From Phoronis australis (Eukaryota; Animalia; Phoronida), in the NCBI GenBank assembly GCA_002633005.1, contig NMRA01000018.1, positions 1,313,531-1,377,530 on the forward strand: 64,000 nucleotides of DNA, given 5' to 3'. The position numbers and the translations under genes are program-made. The notes under the pieces are model-generated. The model was given only the letters and a program-made list of their open reading frames with translations, was not told the origin of the DNA and searched no databases. Within the stretch, counting starts at the first letter, position 1; every line of letters starts with the position of its first letter. Below are positions 52,601-64,000 of the stretch, piece by piece.

Positions 52601-54665
52601 AAGTACCAGCTTTCTCATCAGTGTTTGAGAAAAAATTGGGTACATGAAGTATATTACATTTCCAATAATTAAGACTGGCTTCATAACAGATATTAAGGTC
52701 ATTGAGGATCCTAAAGAAATGTCCAAATTTCACTTACTTTGAAATATCTTATCTCAGAAATGGCTGATTGGATTCATAGGGAACTGTCACATACAATTAT
52801 TCTCTGAAATGCTATTAAGGCGATTTTTTTTCAAATGAGACTTTCTTAGTTAGTCTCAAAGTGGACGGAACAGTCCCACAGTCAGTGCGGAATATTTCGC
52901 ATGGCAAAAATTGAACTTCTAATTAAGAAAATGCTAATGGAGGAAATAAAAATGTAACATTGTATTAAAACATGTTTAGGGTAAGGTATAGATTTGTTTC
53001 ATACCATTTTTTATGGCCTAAAATGGATATAAAAAAGTTTGGAACTGTTCCGTCCACTTTGAGATTAAATAAGAAAGTCTCATTTGAAAAGATATTGCCT
53101 TAGTGAATTGTTTTTACAATCTTTTACTTCTACATGAAGGGTTTTCAAAAATAGGACTTTGGTGATTTTTCTGGAAAAAAACTCGGATGTTGCAGAAAAC
53201 GAAACGTTAATTTAGAAATTTACTAACTCCCTTTTGCATATTTCATCTTGAACATTTATGTCAAACAAAATTAGGCCATTTAACTGTTGTTTTGCCATAA
53301 ACATACCTGTCTTTTTTTGTTAAATTTTAGAGAAATGGCGTGGTCATGTGATTTCAGTTGATGGGAGATTGGTAGAAAGTTAAAAAGCCATTTCTATAAG
53401 ATTTCCACTTGCAGAAAATAAATACTTATACAAAGTTGAAGTCTACAGTTTTGTTGATGTTTGGCTTAATGGACTTGTCAGTAAGGTCCTACATAATCGG
53501 TGGTTTTCCAAACACTTGTATGGCCTGTGATATATCAACTAAAGGTATAACCATGAAGTTATTGTCTTAAAATATGAGTTTATTCTACTACACAGAAAAA
53601 CTCAGTTTTGCAAATATTAATGCTCTGTGTCAATTCCCCTCCTTCATTTTCTAAATATCCATAAAATATATCAATAAAAAGTATTGATATCAGATTCCAT
53701 CAGTAATTCATAATGTCTAGTCTCTGCAGTCGTTTATACGAGATGCTAAAGAGCTCACTTTTTCATGTTACATGTGAGAAAAATCTCTGCTGTGCTGCTT
53801 AAACCTTTACAACATAATGTCCCTTAACTTAAGAGCAATTCATTCCAATGTTTGGTAAATTGAAAACCATTAAATGAATGATTTCAACAAGGGCAGTGTC
53901 TTCAGAGGTTTAAAAGGAGCAATTTAGGGTCTTTTGAAAAGTTTCTCTTGTCTAAATTTGGTTGGCTGCAGGTTATTTCCAAGTGTGATCTGGTTGCTGT
54001 TAATCTCTTTTTATGTCCAGATCTGTCCTTAGTACCTTCTTAAGAGTGAGTTCAGTAGATTGCAACTTGATGCTCAGAAGTTAATGATGGTCGTAGTGTT
54101 TTTAGTCAAGTCACGGGATTGGCCTACAATCAGTGACCATTAGATTTAGAGGTACTGTCATTGAATTGTTTCTGTAGTTTGTATCACTTGTTTTCGTGTG
54201 ACTAGGCTGGTTTCTTGGGCATAGCGTTTACAGTGTCTGAATATTTAGTTTAGAGGTTTGATTATTGGGTCATTTCTCCACCCTGCATCAAACATAGATG
54301 ACCTACAGTTAGGCGGCAGGTTTAACAGTCATCTCGTTTAAGATGTCTGATCATTAGGTTTAGACATCTGGTCACTAGATCTTTGTTGTACCTTGTATTA
54401 AACCAGTACACTCGCTTATTTTCAGGTGACAAAAAACAGGTTTGACGGAGAACTGGGTATGATGGTGTTATATTTCAATAAAGAGTCCCTGAGTTTCGCT
54501 GGGAGACCCAAGGCCAAACCACTAAAAAAGACAGATGAAATAGTGGATGGGCGAGTTTCCAGCTTAGACATTACCAAGGTAGCAGTGAATCATGACATTG
54601 AAGGGCCAGTAGAGTACACGAAAGAAACTGTGGAGACTATTACGGATCCCGATTGGTGTCGCTAG
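37834..54665 (+). CDS. TWNK: Twinkle mitochondrial DNA helicase (T7 gp4-like), 13 coding exons, about 707 aa
   Basis: Exons 37834-38200, 38735-38831, 41319-41472, 43187-43356, 44037-44193, 45735-45856, 46877-47048, 47563-47697, 48542-48615, 49304-49418, 50241-50432, 52332-52460, 54426-54665 total 2124 nt in frame. Motifs: [124 protein letters not shown]. The start ATG is uncertain (37834, 37852 or 37858). Confidence 0.95.
39303..40699 (+). mobile_element. Tc2/pogo-like (TA|CCGTATT) non-autonomous DNA transposon, copy 1
   Basis: TA|ccatattcgccctaataagcgccc...gggcgcttattatggcgaatacac|TA with subterminal ggcgctta repeats; colinear with 50929-52064. Confidence 0.8.
40297..40530 (+). pseudogene. 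Decayed HIRAN-like domain inside the Tc2-like element
   Basis: Frameshifted translation [17 protein letters not shown]../[27 protein letters not shown]../[11 protein letters not shown] matches RG(Y/F)HVY..E.E..N..D..AV.V.....VGHVPR.IS...GLEIP. Confidence 0.7.
41461..41672 (+). repeat. 53-bp tandem repeat x 4 containing the TWNK exon 3 splice donor
   Basis: tttggacttcag|gtatgtacttg at 41461, 41514 and 41567; degenerate tttggttttcag|gtatgc at 41620. Confidence 0.9.
42028..42797. mobile_element. Non-autonomous TIR element (AGGGCTGTTCCAG), copy 2
   Basis: taagggctgttccagtaaaatccgtgtgggaggggggg...cccccctcccatacagattttgctggaacagccctaa; reverse homolog of 21101-22447. Confidence 0.8.
44592..45173. 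mobile_element. piggyBac-type MITE
   Basis: TTAA|cccttatcctgc...gcaggataaggg|TTAA: TTAA target duplication, CCC/GGG ends and a 12-bp perfect TIR. Confidence 0.85.
49624..49728. repeat. (TTGA)n microsatellite
   Basis: Long run of ttgattga with a degenerate tail, in a TWNK intron. Confidence 0.95.
50929..52064 (+). mobile_element. Tc2/pogo-like element, copy 2 (3'-truncated)
   Basis: TA|ccgtattcgcagtaataaggcgcctggggcgcttag; colinear with 39303-40320 and ends just after cggttttcacgtgta; no right TIR. Confidence 0.75.
52816..53102. mobile_element. MITE with about 60-bp TIRs
   Basis: taaggcgattttttttcaaatgagactttcttagttagtctcaaagtggacggaacagt is inverse to actgttccgtccactttgagattaaataagaaagtctcatttgaaaagatattgcctta. 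Confidence 0.8.
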
Positions 54666-56049
54666 AGTGTCCATGAGGATTTGTGTGTGGCCTTCACTGT
54701 GTTCTCCAAGGTTAAAGCCATGGGAGTCTACTTTAAAACACAGACTTGAGCAGACCCAAAAGTTCAATATGATTAGTCCCTGTGGAGTTGGATTTATTTT
54801 AGCCACTTGACGCACATGAGTCAAGTGAGTTATCTGCGAAATACAGACATTGAAAGTAAAATGTAAATAATCTGGGATTAGTTTTGACAGGTGAAATGTT
54901 CCATAGTTGGATGTTCATAAAATTAACTAGAAAAGCATTGAAACTGCATGACATCAGTTATTCAATGACTCCTTAACCCCCAGAGATAACGTTGCTGGCC
55001 CCTTGGTGCCTCGGTTGATTCTTCGCGTCCAGTGATTGGTCAATTTGCAGTTGTTGTCAGTGATTACTTGCTCACATGGACTGCAAGTGTGATATCACAA
55101 TAGTTATATATAGACTGCAAGTGTGATATCACAACAGTTGTTGTGTTGTTAAATCTTCTCTGTCTTCTCATTTACATGTGGTATTGAATTATTTCACTTG
55201 TTAAAGCACTGACTCTGTTGTTCATGTCTGTTTGCTTAAAGTTTAACTGCAGTTGTGATTCATTGAAATCCTGTCAAGGTCATGATTTGTGGATCAAGTG
55301 ATTGCCAAATTGATCTTTTTTCATTTTCCAAAGGCTTCAGTTGTGAATGCTCATTATTTCTCAAAACATTATGTCATGTTTGCTATGGTAAAAAACTTTA
55401 AAATGATGTTGCATTTATTCGGTGTAATTGCTTATATTTTGTGAAACAGTTCCCTTTTCCATCATATTGTGTCCTAAATTGGTGTCATTTTACAGTTGAT
55501 TGACTTGCTTAAAACCGTAAGCTTCATATGCAGGGTATAGTTTTACTTTGTTGGTTTTGCTGCATGATGACAACAGTGCTGAACAGTCTGTGCTCCTGGA
55601 GTTCTCTTTCGGGTTATGGAAGGGGGTACTGTCACTCATTCAGTATCCAAATCATGCTGGTACCTGCTGGTTCTGGTTTTGTACCACTTTTATGGACTAT
55701 CGGATTGCCCATACTGGTCCAATACCAGCCCAATACAGGTAAACCAGTAGGGGCTTTGTAACTGGTTGCCATCACTGACCAGTACTAGTTTTGTGCAATT
55801 TGAGAGAGTCTCCTCTTTTATTATGTCCATATACAAATATAAGAGTTATCAAGTATGGGGCAGGAAGTTTGCAAATATTGTAATCAGTGACTGGTAAAAC
55901 CTGTTGTGTAACCACAGTATTAAACTCTATACAATTTTAGTATGTCATTTTTGTCTGAGCATCGAATGTACAACATGGGATGTTGTATTATCTCAACCTA
56001 TTGTAGAACCTTTCTGGTATTTGGCAAGTGTACTGTGATTGGAACAAGG

Positions 56050-56700
56050 GAGGACGACTTTCGGACAGATCCCACTACTGGGGTTTTCGGTCTGCTGGCA
56101 ATTTTAGTGTCTTACATTTTGTCTGTTTCTTCAGTTCTTTAACGGGCTTTTGTAATGTTTGAAAAATAGCTTTTTATCAGGGAGACCACGACTCCTACGC
56201 GTTTTGGACGGTGTTGACGTTCAATTGAGAAGTGTATGGCCGACATTGGATTTTCGGACGGGTCCGACTGTGGCATCGCGTTTCGGCATTTTTTTTCAAC
56301 CGTGGCCGTTCTCCTTAACCCTTTGTGAAATTTGGTAAGCGTATGACTGACAACAGATGATGACTTTCGGACATGCTGTTCTATCCCCTAGTCACATTTT
56401 TGTATACCTTTCTATCTTCAGAGTTCCTCGATTGGTTTTTGTGAAATTTGGTAAATAAGTTTTTGTAAGGGGGCAATAACGCCTTCCCATTTTTGGATAT
56501 TCTTCGACACTGAATGACCGTCCGCCTGTATCTGCCAAACCGCTGAAATGACCATTATGAAAATTAGCAAATGTGTTTCTACTGACAAGAGTAAGATATT
56601 AGGACTTATTTTAATTTTCAGACAGACCCAACTGATGTTGTGGTTCCTAGAAGCTATCGTTTACGATGTTGTCGAAGGCGCATTTTAACGCTTTCCCTTG
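56050..56700 (-). mobile_element. Degenerate member of the modular pearl/HINE-like family
   Basis: Repeated gactttcggac, gtgaaatttggtaa and cccctagt modules, as in 61718-63081. Confidence 0.45.
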
Positions 56701-58511
56701 CGCTTGTTAATGCTCCTGGCTGTGGGCTAAAAAATGCTTAGTAAATGTGGTCCATCATGCATTACTTATTCAACCATTTTTAGGTAATCTGCACGCTCAC
56801 TAATCAAGACACCGGCGTGACCTATTCTGGATTTCAGCATGTTTTGTGTTAATTTAAACTCAACTCATTGGCCAATATACTTGTCACTTATAGCTCACAC
56901 AAATTTTTGAATTGTTCATTTGTCTTTACAATTTGGAAACAAACTACATAGCTATATAATATAACAATTTATTTAGTTAACTGTAAGGTTCATGATTAAT
57001 TAATGCAACTTCATTATTAATGAAAAATGCAGATTACAAGCAATTTAAAGTCTGAATAGCATGTATCACTGTACAAAACACGGGAATACAAAAACAAACT
57101 AACTACAAAATGAAGATAACTTAAAATTAAGTTTCCTTCCGTATACCTCACAATTCGCATGGGCCTTCTAATCACCGAGATTCTTTTCGTACTAATTTAG
57201 TTTCTGTTATCAGTAAACCTTTGGACATATCATTGATATCAGTAAACGCGAACTCTAACTATGAAGTAATTTAACCCAAAGTCATGGAGAACTCATGAAT
57301 ATTCAAGAGACATTTACGACATTCACGTGACAAGATTCATCCTAGGTGGATGAAAAACTGAGTAAGAAATGACGTGCAGTTGATAAAAGCCTACAGCAAC
57401 GGCTCTCGCCGGTAAGAATTGACTTGATTTTAGAGTTATGAGAATGTCTGTACAATCTGTGAGACGGGAACAATATCCCTTTGCCGAAAAGAACAGGTCA
57501 TTTAATCAAACAAAATCTGTTCATTTGGATTATCAAATGATATATATCTGCATGTGATGGGCACACCCTCCCTTCGTGAGTTACAATTTCGCGCCACTTT
57601 CTGTATAGACTCAACTTGTAGGGGACGTGTTCCCTTCATTATGTCACCCATGTTTTGGACTTGTCTTCACGTGCATTTTTTTGCTCTATAAAAAGCCGCG
57701 CACTTGTAAATTTGGCGGACTGTCTGGGTCTGAAACCCACCCCAGCTACAAGTTCTCAATGCAGAATGAGTGACGTATTGTAACTGGGTTCCATTTGTTT
57801 CAGTTTCCGAAGTATCTATAAGTTGTCCAATAGTTTTCTATGAATTCTTTTCCGTCATCACAGCTTGTAATTTAAGGCGATAAGAATAAATTCGAATGTA
57901 TTTTAACCTACTGAACTCTCAGTCCTTTTCCCGCTTCTGTTTTTTTTTTTTTTTTTTTTTTCAGTACTCGAACCGTTCAAACAACTACATCTGTTAGTCA
58001 TGTCGACACCGTCGGCCACTCACAACACCTAAAAACACATTGCTGCATATATCATCCCCGCTACACATAGTTTCTTACATTTCAAAAAATACCCACGTTT
58101 GAAAATAGCATTTACATTCTTTGCAAAAGAACAAGGCAAACTGTCTGAAATTCATTCTGGTACGGGAATTGGGGACAGTTAGGCCTACACAAGATCTTAA
58201 ACCCAGCCGCAGAGCGTCTAAAGCCGCGCAATACCAGTGACTGTTGGCAAGTCATCGGAGACACAACTTTAACATCCTTCGCCGCAGAGATAATAACTCT
58301 TGGGCTGTCTCCGGTGAGACCATTCACTCTTGAATGATGTTTAGGTAAAATAATCACAATGATGAAACATCAACAATTTCTTATGGCTTTATGCATTGTT
58401 TTTAAAGTTCAAAACAAATATAAATGTCCTTAACAAAAGGCACAGCGTAACATTTTGTTGCCGCCGCGGCTTTTATCATTTCTTGACGTTTTGGATAACT
58501 GTAATAAGCAC

Positions 58512-58730
58512 CAGTGGCGGATTTAGAGGGGTGCCAAGGGGGCCATGGCATATGCGGGGCTCGGGGGCTAATGCACAATGCATAGGCCTTGAATAAACCC
58601 TTTTTAGTAACAAGGTCCACAAACCCAAAAATTCGAGACCCCCTACATCCCCACATTTTAAGCTGGGCGCGCGCTTATTCTGCTTACTCCTGTGCCCTGC
58701 CCCCACTCAAAATCCTGGATCCGCCCCTGC
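58512..58730. mobile_element. hAT-like MITE (CAGTGGCGGAT...ATCCGCCCCTG)
   Basis: Termini cagtggcggatttag and ctggatccgcccctg; target duplication not recognisable. Confidence 0.6.
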
Positions 58731-58886
58731 ACTCTCCTCATCATGGGAGTAATTCAAATATGAGTTGGGAGTCCGCCTCTCTGACACTAGAATTCACATT
58801 CAGAAATAAAGTAATTGTTTCACTTAGCCTATTTGAAATCCCATTCAGAGATAGCTTTGCAAACCATTGCTTGAGATTTGTTTAGG

Positions 58887-59915
58887 CAAGGTACCTAAAC
58901 TCAGTACACGGTTTGACTCATCAACACGGTCATGGACTGACGCTAGCCTTGATACAAAGCTGTATATAAATATATAGCTTTGCACCGATGCGGGTAAAAA
59001 AGTGGTAAGATAAAATCTGACACAAAATTAGCGTCATTAAAAACTACAGTCTTCCTTGAGTAATTTAAATTATTTAACGGTGTTGGCAAAAATGGCGTTC
59101 TACCGTTATTCTGCTGCTGAAGTTGTGGAGCCGTACCGACCGCTTTCGGCGCCATGAAATTTTGCGTCACCTGTTGGCCAGTTTCTTTTTTCGCCGATTC
59201 TTCAATCAACTGTTGTACTTCTTTCACGAGGTTGCGTACACGTCACAACAAATTATCAGAACTGGTTTCACCTCATTAAAAGTTTTTCGGAATTTTGGTA
59301 GCGAAAAATCGAATTTCAGCAGAGTGATGTCGCAAAAATTTACTGAGGAAATGGCACGTGCGCGTGACACATACTTTTCATTGTTAGAAAAGGCAAAGAG
59401 TTACGCAAGAAAATGAAGTTTATTGCATTGTTTTTCACACGGCTGAAACGCCGGGCAAGGTGAGTGTCGGTTGACTACCAGACTTTGCATGCACACCGTC
59501 CGGTCTTTAGCTTTACATGTTGATACAATTACAAGTTTCATGACGCGCAGAACTACCTTGGCTGTGTGCAATTTCGCTGTCTACGGAAGAAAGACACGCA
59601 GTGGGACCTAGCTGTATTTTGACGACACTGAGCTAGCTCAGTGGCTAAGAAAGACACGCAGTGGGACCTAGCTGTATTTTGACGACACTGAGCTAGCTCA
59701 GTGGCTGGCTACTGCATAAACACGACTCGTGTACCTGCAAACACCGTTCACTGACTCATAAACACGGGAACGGGCTCACAAAACACGAGCCATTCACCCA
59801 AATACGCGGAACACGAACTCACATTCACGAAGAAACACGGTTAACGGAAAGCCAAACACGATTTACGGACACTAATGTAGATGAGATGTCAGCTGACCCA
59901 GGAAAACCCGTGTTG
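58887..59915 (+). repeat. cacgg-subunit repeat, copy 2, interrupted by an insertion of about 770 bp with TAGCC...GGCTA ends
   Basis: Homology to 32598-32837 breaks at about 58943 (tagccttgatac) and resumes after ctggcta at about 59712. The insert includes an exact 60-bp tandem duplication (59587-59706). Confidence 0.6.
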
Positions 59916-60425
59916 ATTGACATGTTGTACTTAAACTTGCTTAATCTCAATAAGCGGAAGTGAGTGATGCGTGAACTTGGAATTCCAAGATCAAGCAAGT
60001 GATCTTGAGATTAAGCAAACTGCCAAACCCCCTACGAGCATTTACTACGTAAGAGCATTTACTACGTAAGCCAACACTGCGCTAACCGACTAGAGCGACG
60101 TCTTTCGTGAAAATGCCGTACGAGAACTCGGCGGTGTGACGTCACCAGCTGCAGAATGTACAAGGTGCTTGGTCAAACAAGGTGCTTGGTAAAGATTCTC
60201 CATTCTGCAGGTAGGTTCGAGAAAGCACTGGCCACATCACACACAATTTGCGAAACTGAGAAGGCAATTTTGTTCGACAATTTGTGTTCGAGGCGCTTAG
60301 CTCTTGGCTGACACATTAAAAGTTGAGGTTCCGGACTGTGGCCTTTCTCCAGAGTGAGTTAGTAGTGTGTACTGTCCCGACCGACACTGACTTTATTTTA
60401 CCTTGATTGCGGTACCGTAGTTGAC

Positions 60426-60529
60426 CACAGGCGTTCTCAGCTTCTGAGTCGCGTCCCCAATACACTACATATAATACCTATTATATGTAGTGTATTGGGG
60501 ACGATCACTAGAAGCTGAGGACGCCTGTG
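60426..60529. mobile_element. 104-bp hairpin MITE with 8-bp target duplication
   Basis: tagttgac|cacaggcgttctcagcttct...cgtccccaatacactacatataata-cc-tattatatgtagtgtattggggacg...agaagctgaggacgcctgtg|tagttgac. Confidence 0.9.
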
Positions 60530-61240
60530 TAGTTGACAGCCGGGGCTCCCTTGTAGACTCCATTCCGCCCCCGTTCTGCCCGGCTCTTTAAGTTTTGCGT
60601 CCTAAGTAAAAGCCTCATGTGCGGTCCACGTTTTAGTGCGTGAACTGAGTTTGCAGAACCCCGAGCCCTATTCGAGCCTACGTTGACATCATGGACAGGT
60701 CATCAGCTTATCATAATATCAGTGCCCGGCCAATGACCTTGTAACTTTGAGGTCGAGTAGATTGGAGTGGCTGCTCAGTCACACGTTTAATTCTGAGGTC
60801 ATTCACCGGTTGCTCCACGTAGCCGTGCCGTGCTGGTGAGGTTTGAGTTGCACCACTGAAACTAGGACTCACAGTGGTTGAGAGAGCTCTGTTAACCGTG
60901 CTATTACGAAGCGAGTCGATACATGGCATGACGTTGGCCTGATGCATGCCTACATATACAAATCTGTGCCCTATAAACGGCACCGATTTGCGCAACCCGG
61001 CTTGAAAACTGACTAGGACTTGTCAGCGCGTCTTGCTTTTCCTGTTAATGTCTGCGCATCCTTCAGTTACCCTCCTCCCCCGACTACGCGATGTTTTCCG
61101 AGATGGTTGTCGATCGGGAACCATACCACTAAGTTCATAACCACCTCACGATTAGGCCTACTTCAACGGTTACCGCCTGCGCGTGATACTGATACCAATG
61201 ACGGTTTGCTCGCCGCTGTCCTCGGGCGTGACTACGTCAT

Positions 61241-61514
61241 CATGGGCGCACTGAGCTCGAACGAGCCCCCGCCCCCAATTTGGCGAATTGGGCAAAAAGG
61301 TCCGCCTCAGTGAAACAAAAAGTCCTAGTAAACGATATATATAGAGAGAGGCCACAAAGTCCACAGAAATTCGGCGTCAGTGGATGCACGATTGGCAGGC
61401 CTGAACCCATAATGGCCCCGTTTTTTTTTTCTTTAGTCCTCGTTGATTGTCCAGTAAAAGGTCCGCACTAAGAATTCGAGCCCCCCCCTATATTTTAGGC
61501 TGGGTGCGCGCATG
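61241..61514. mobile_element. MITE of the CATGCGCGCA family, copy 2
   Basis: catgggcgca..gctcgaacgagccc...aattcgagcccccccctatattttaggctgggtgcgcgcatg; flanks gtcat and ttcat. Confidence 0.75.
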
Positions 61515-61717
61515 TTCATTACACGGATATGCATATAGTATTGATTTTCGCTCGACTCAAAGTTCAGTGCCATCATGATAGGCCTACCTGGATGTCTTTG
61601 GTTTCGTAGCCGAGTGCTCCAGATTCCCGCCGATTTCGCCCCAGGTCATGTGTTCCGATTCAGTTTAGTGGATCCCAGTAACGTTTGTCGCTATTTCACA
61701 GTTCCTGGTCAATGCCC

Positions 61718-63081
61718 TTTGTACGCGCCCACATATTTATATGTCAGTGGACGTGATTATGTTGTCCGTCCGGCGTCCGCTGCTCTGTCTCCCAAAACCG
61801 TTTGACGTATGTTTATGATGAAATTTTGCGCATGTGTTCCTTTCATGGATGGGACGGCATGAGCGAACTTCCGGACGGATCCGACTACGGGTGTGTCCCC
61901 TAGTGGCAATTTTAGTTTTTTACGTTTAATTCTGTATCTTCAAGATCCTCAATGTATTTTCATAAAATTTGGCATAGTAGGCATCTATTAGTGAGATGAC
62001 GCGTCCCGTTTTCGGACGGATTCGACGTAGTTTCCGCTGCCTAGTGGCCATTTTTACTGTTTACGAGTCTGTTTTTGGCGTCCACCCCTCTATCAACCAA
62101 ATCGCTCTAAGAATGATATTGAAAATTGGCATGACTGTTCTTGCTAGTGTCCATTTTTACTGTTTTTGCGATCACCCCTCTATCAACCAAAAGGCTCGAA
62201 GGATGATTGTGAAAATTGGCATGTATGTTTTTAATATGAAGTGGACGGCTGACGATAATTTTCCGATGACTTCCACCACTGTGGCGACTCCTAGTGGCAG
62301 TTGTTTTTTTTACGCCCATGGCTGTATCTCCTAAACCGTTTGCAGGATCTTCACTAAGCACGTGTATTTATATCATGTTGACAATGGACGACGACGACTT
62401 TCGGACGGATCTGGCTACCGTTGTGCCCCCTTGTGGCAATTTTAGTTTTTGTTACGTTTACCTCTGTATCTTCAAATGTCCTTTACGGATTTTCATAAAA
62501 TTTGGAGTACAGGCATCTATTGGTAAGATGACGCTATCCTCCCGTTTTCGGATGAAATCGAGGTATTTTGTGCCACCTAGTGGCCATTTTTGCTGTTTTT
62601 GAGTCCACCGTCTATCAACCAATATATTCCAAGGATGATTTTGATATATTGGCGTATATTCTTAGTGTGAAGAGGACGGTTGACGATGACTTCGACTACT
62701 ATGGCGGCTCCTAGTGGTAGTTTTGTTTTGTTTTGCGCCCATAGGTGTATCTCCTAAACCCACTGCAGAATCATTATTAAATTTAGTAAAGGTATCTATC
62801 TATATGATTTAACAACAACGAATACTTTTAGGCAAACCCAAAGAATGCTGTGCCCCCTAGTGGCAATTTAATTTTTTTTTGCTTTTCTTTTGTTTCTCTG
62901 AAGTTCCTTGATAGATTTTTATAAAATTTGGTAGTTTTCTATTAGAGAAGTGATGGCACTTCCCGTTTTCAGATGTATCGGAATTTTTGCGCCGTCTAGT
63001 GGCCATTTTTACGATGCAAATTATCAACCCTAAATGCACCCCATTCGCGTGCATTCGTCAGTGCTCCGCGTTGCTCTTGTT
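61718..63081 (-). mobile_element. Modular pearl/HINE-like element, inverted relative of 28085-29340
   Basis: Ends in ctccgcgttgctcttgtt (reverse complement of aacaagagcaacgcggag); has repeated cctagtggc and cacccctctatcaaccaa modules and gtccgtcc near the other end. Confidence 0.7.
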
Positions 63082-64000
63082 ACATGTATGTGTTTGTAGA
63101 AAATAATAAATGGCGTTTGTGCATTAAGATAGCAACATCTCAAATTGAAGGACGTACGGTAGAAGTAGTTTTCATTGCACAATGTTCAATAAAAGTGATT
63201 CTAATGTGAACTTCTGCATCTTTTACAACTACTGCAAGTCCTTCCAGTTACTTAAAAAAATCAAAATACACTAAATCAGCAAGTTTCACCTCGAAGCCGT
63301 GTTTGCTAACTGTTCCCTTTTTGAAGGTTTTTTGCAGGTCCAGTCTCACCATTAAAATGTCTCGGTTTTTAACACACATCGAAATTGTGTCATCAAAATT
63401 TATTGTAGTTTTCCACGCGATATAGTGCTAAAAACGCTATCGGAACGTTTCAGGGTTGCAGCATCTGTATTTTCCCGTTCGACTACAAAACAAACGCTTT
63501 TGGGGCATTTTCGGTTGACATTTCACCCTTCAGTTTTGGTATAGATTCAGATGTCCCGCGTAACATCCGGATGCCCCACTTTTTCAATACAAGTGTCGCG
63601 TTTTTTCAGTCTCCTATGTTGGTTAATTGGCTTGCGATTAGTATAAAATGAGACACGGAGAATGCGTATTAGACTTCAGAAAGAGAAATCATGTAAACGG
63701 TCAAAGGTATATACCGTAAGTATGTAAAGGTTAACCTGACTGGACAGTACAATCTCGTAACTGGACTTTGCTGTTTTAGGTGGGTCAGTGCTTGTGACTG
63801 CTAGGTTTGCCCGTCAAAATACCTGACACGCCAATTCTTGAAGGGTTATTCCAATTCGTGATTGAATGTTGGTTCTGTCAGTTCGGGTCGCATGTCTTCA
63901 TGCAGTGCGGTACTTAGCACTTGCATGAAAATGTTTTATGATGTTAGTGAGTGAGCCTTTAATGCGAAATTTTGCTTCCTTACCACTCATGACATGTTGA

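Noticed and set aside
57940-57995. Poly(T) tract followed by CAG, as an acceptor or a retroposon tail
   Set aside because: No convincing exon or retroelement body adjacent.
63483-63930. Possible terminal exons of a minus-strand gene at the window end
   Set aside because: Only short open frames with weak splice signals and no recognisable homology.

Overview
Animal (probably marine invertebrate) genomic DNA with short GT-AG exons and many non-autonomous repeats. I reconstruct five protein-coding genes: (1) the last six exons of DEAD-box helicase DDX52/ROK1 (+, 356-5007); (2) DEAH helicase DHX35 with an intronless CDS (-, 7496-9553); (3) a six-exon gene with seven C2H2 zinc fingers (+, 12559-19513), head-to-head with DHX35; (4) a gene hidden from the ORF track whose spliced product resembles the TIN2/TINF2 N-terminal shelterin domain (-, about 22608-33291); (5) the 13-exon mitochondrial helicase Twinkle (+, 37834-54665), head-to-head with the TINF2-like gene. 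Introns and spacers hold MITEs and foldbacks, a Tc2-like transposon with a decayed HIRAN-like domain, a Penelope GIY-YIG relic inside long inverted repeats, pearl/HINE-like modular repeats with CTCF-like motifs, a tandemly amplified splice donor, and an assembly gap flanked by a 705-bp near-identical duplication. All homology calls rest on motif recognition by eye; no searches were run.
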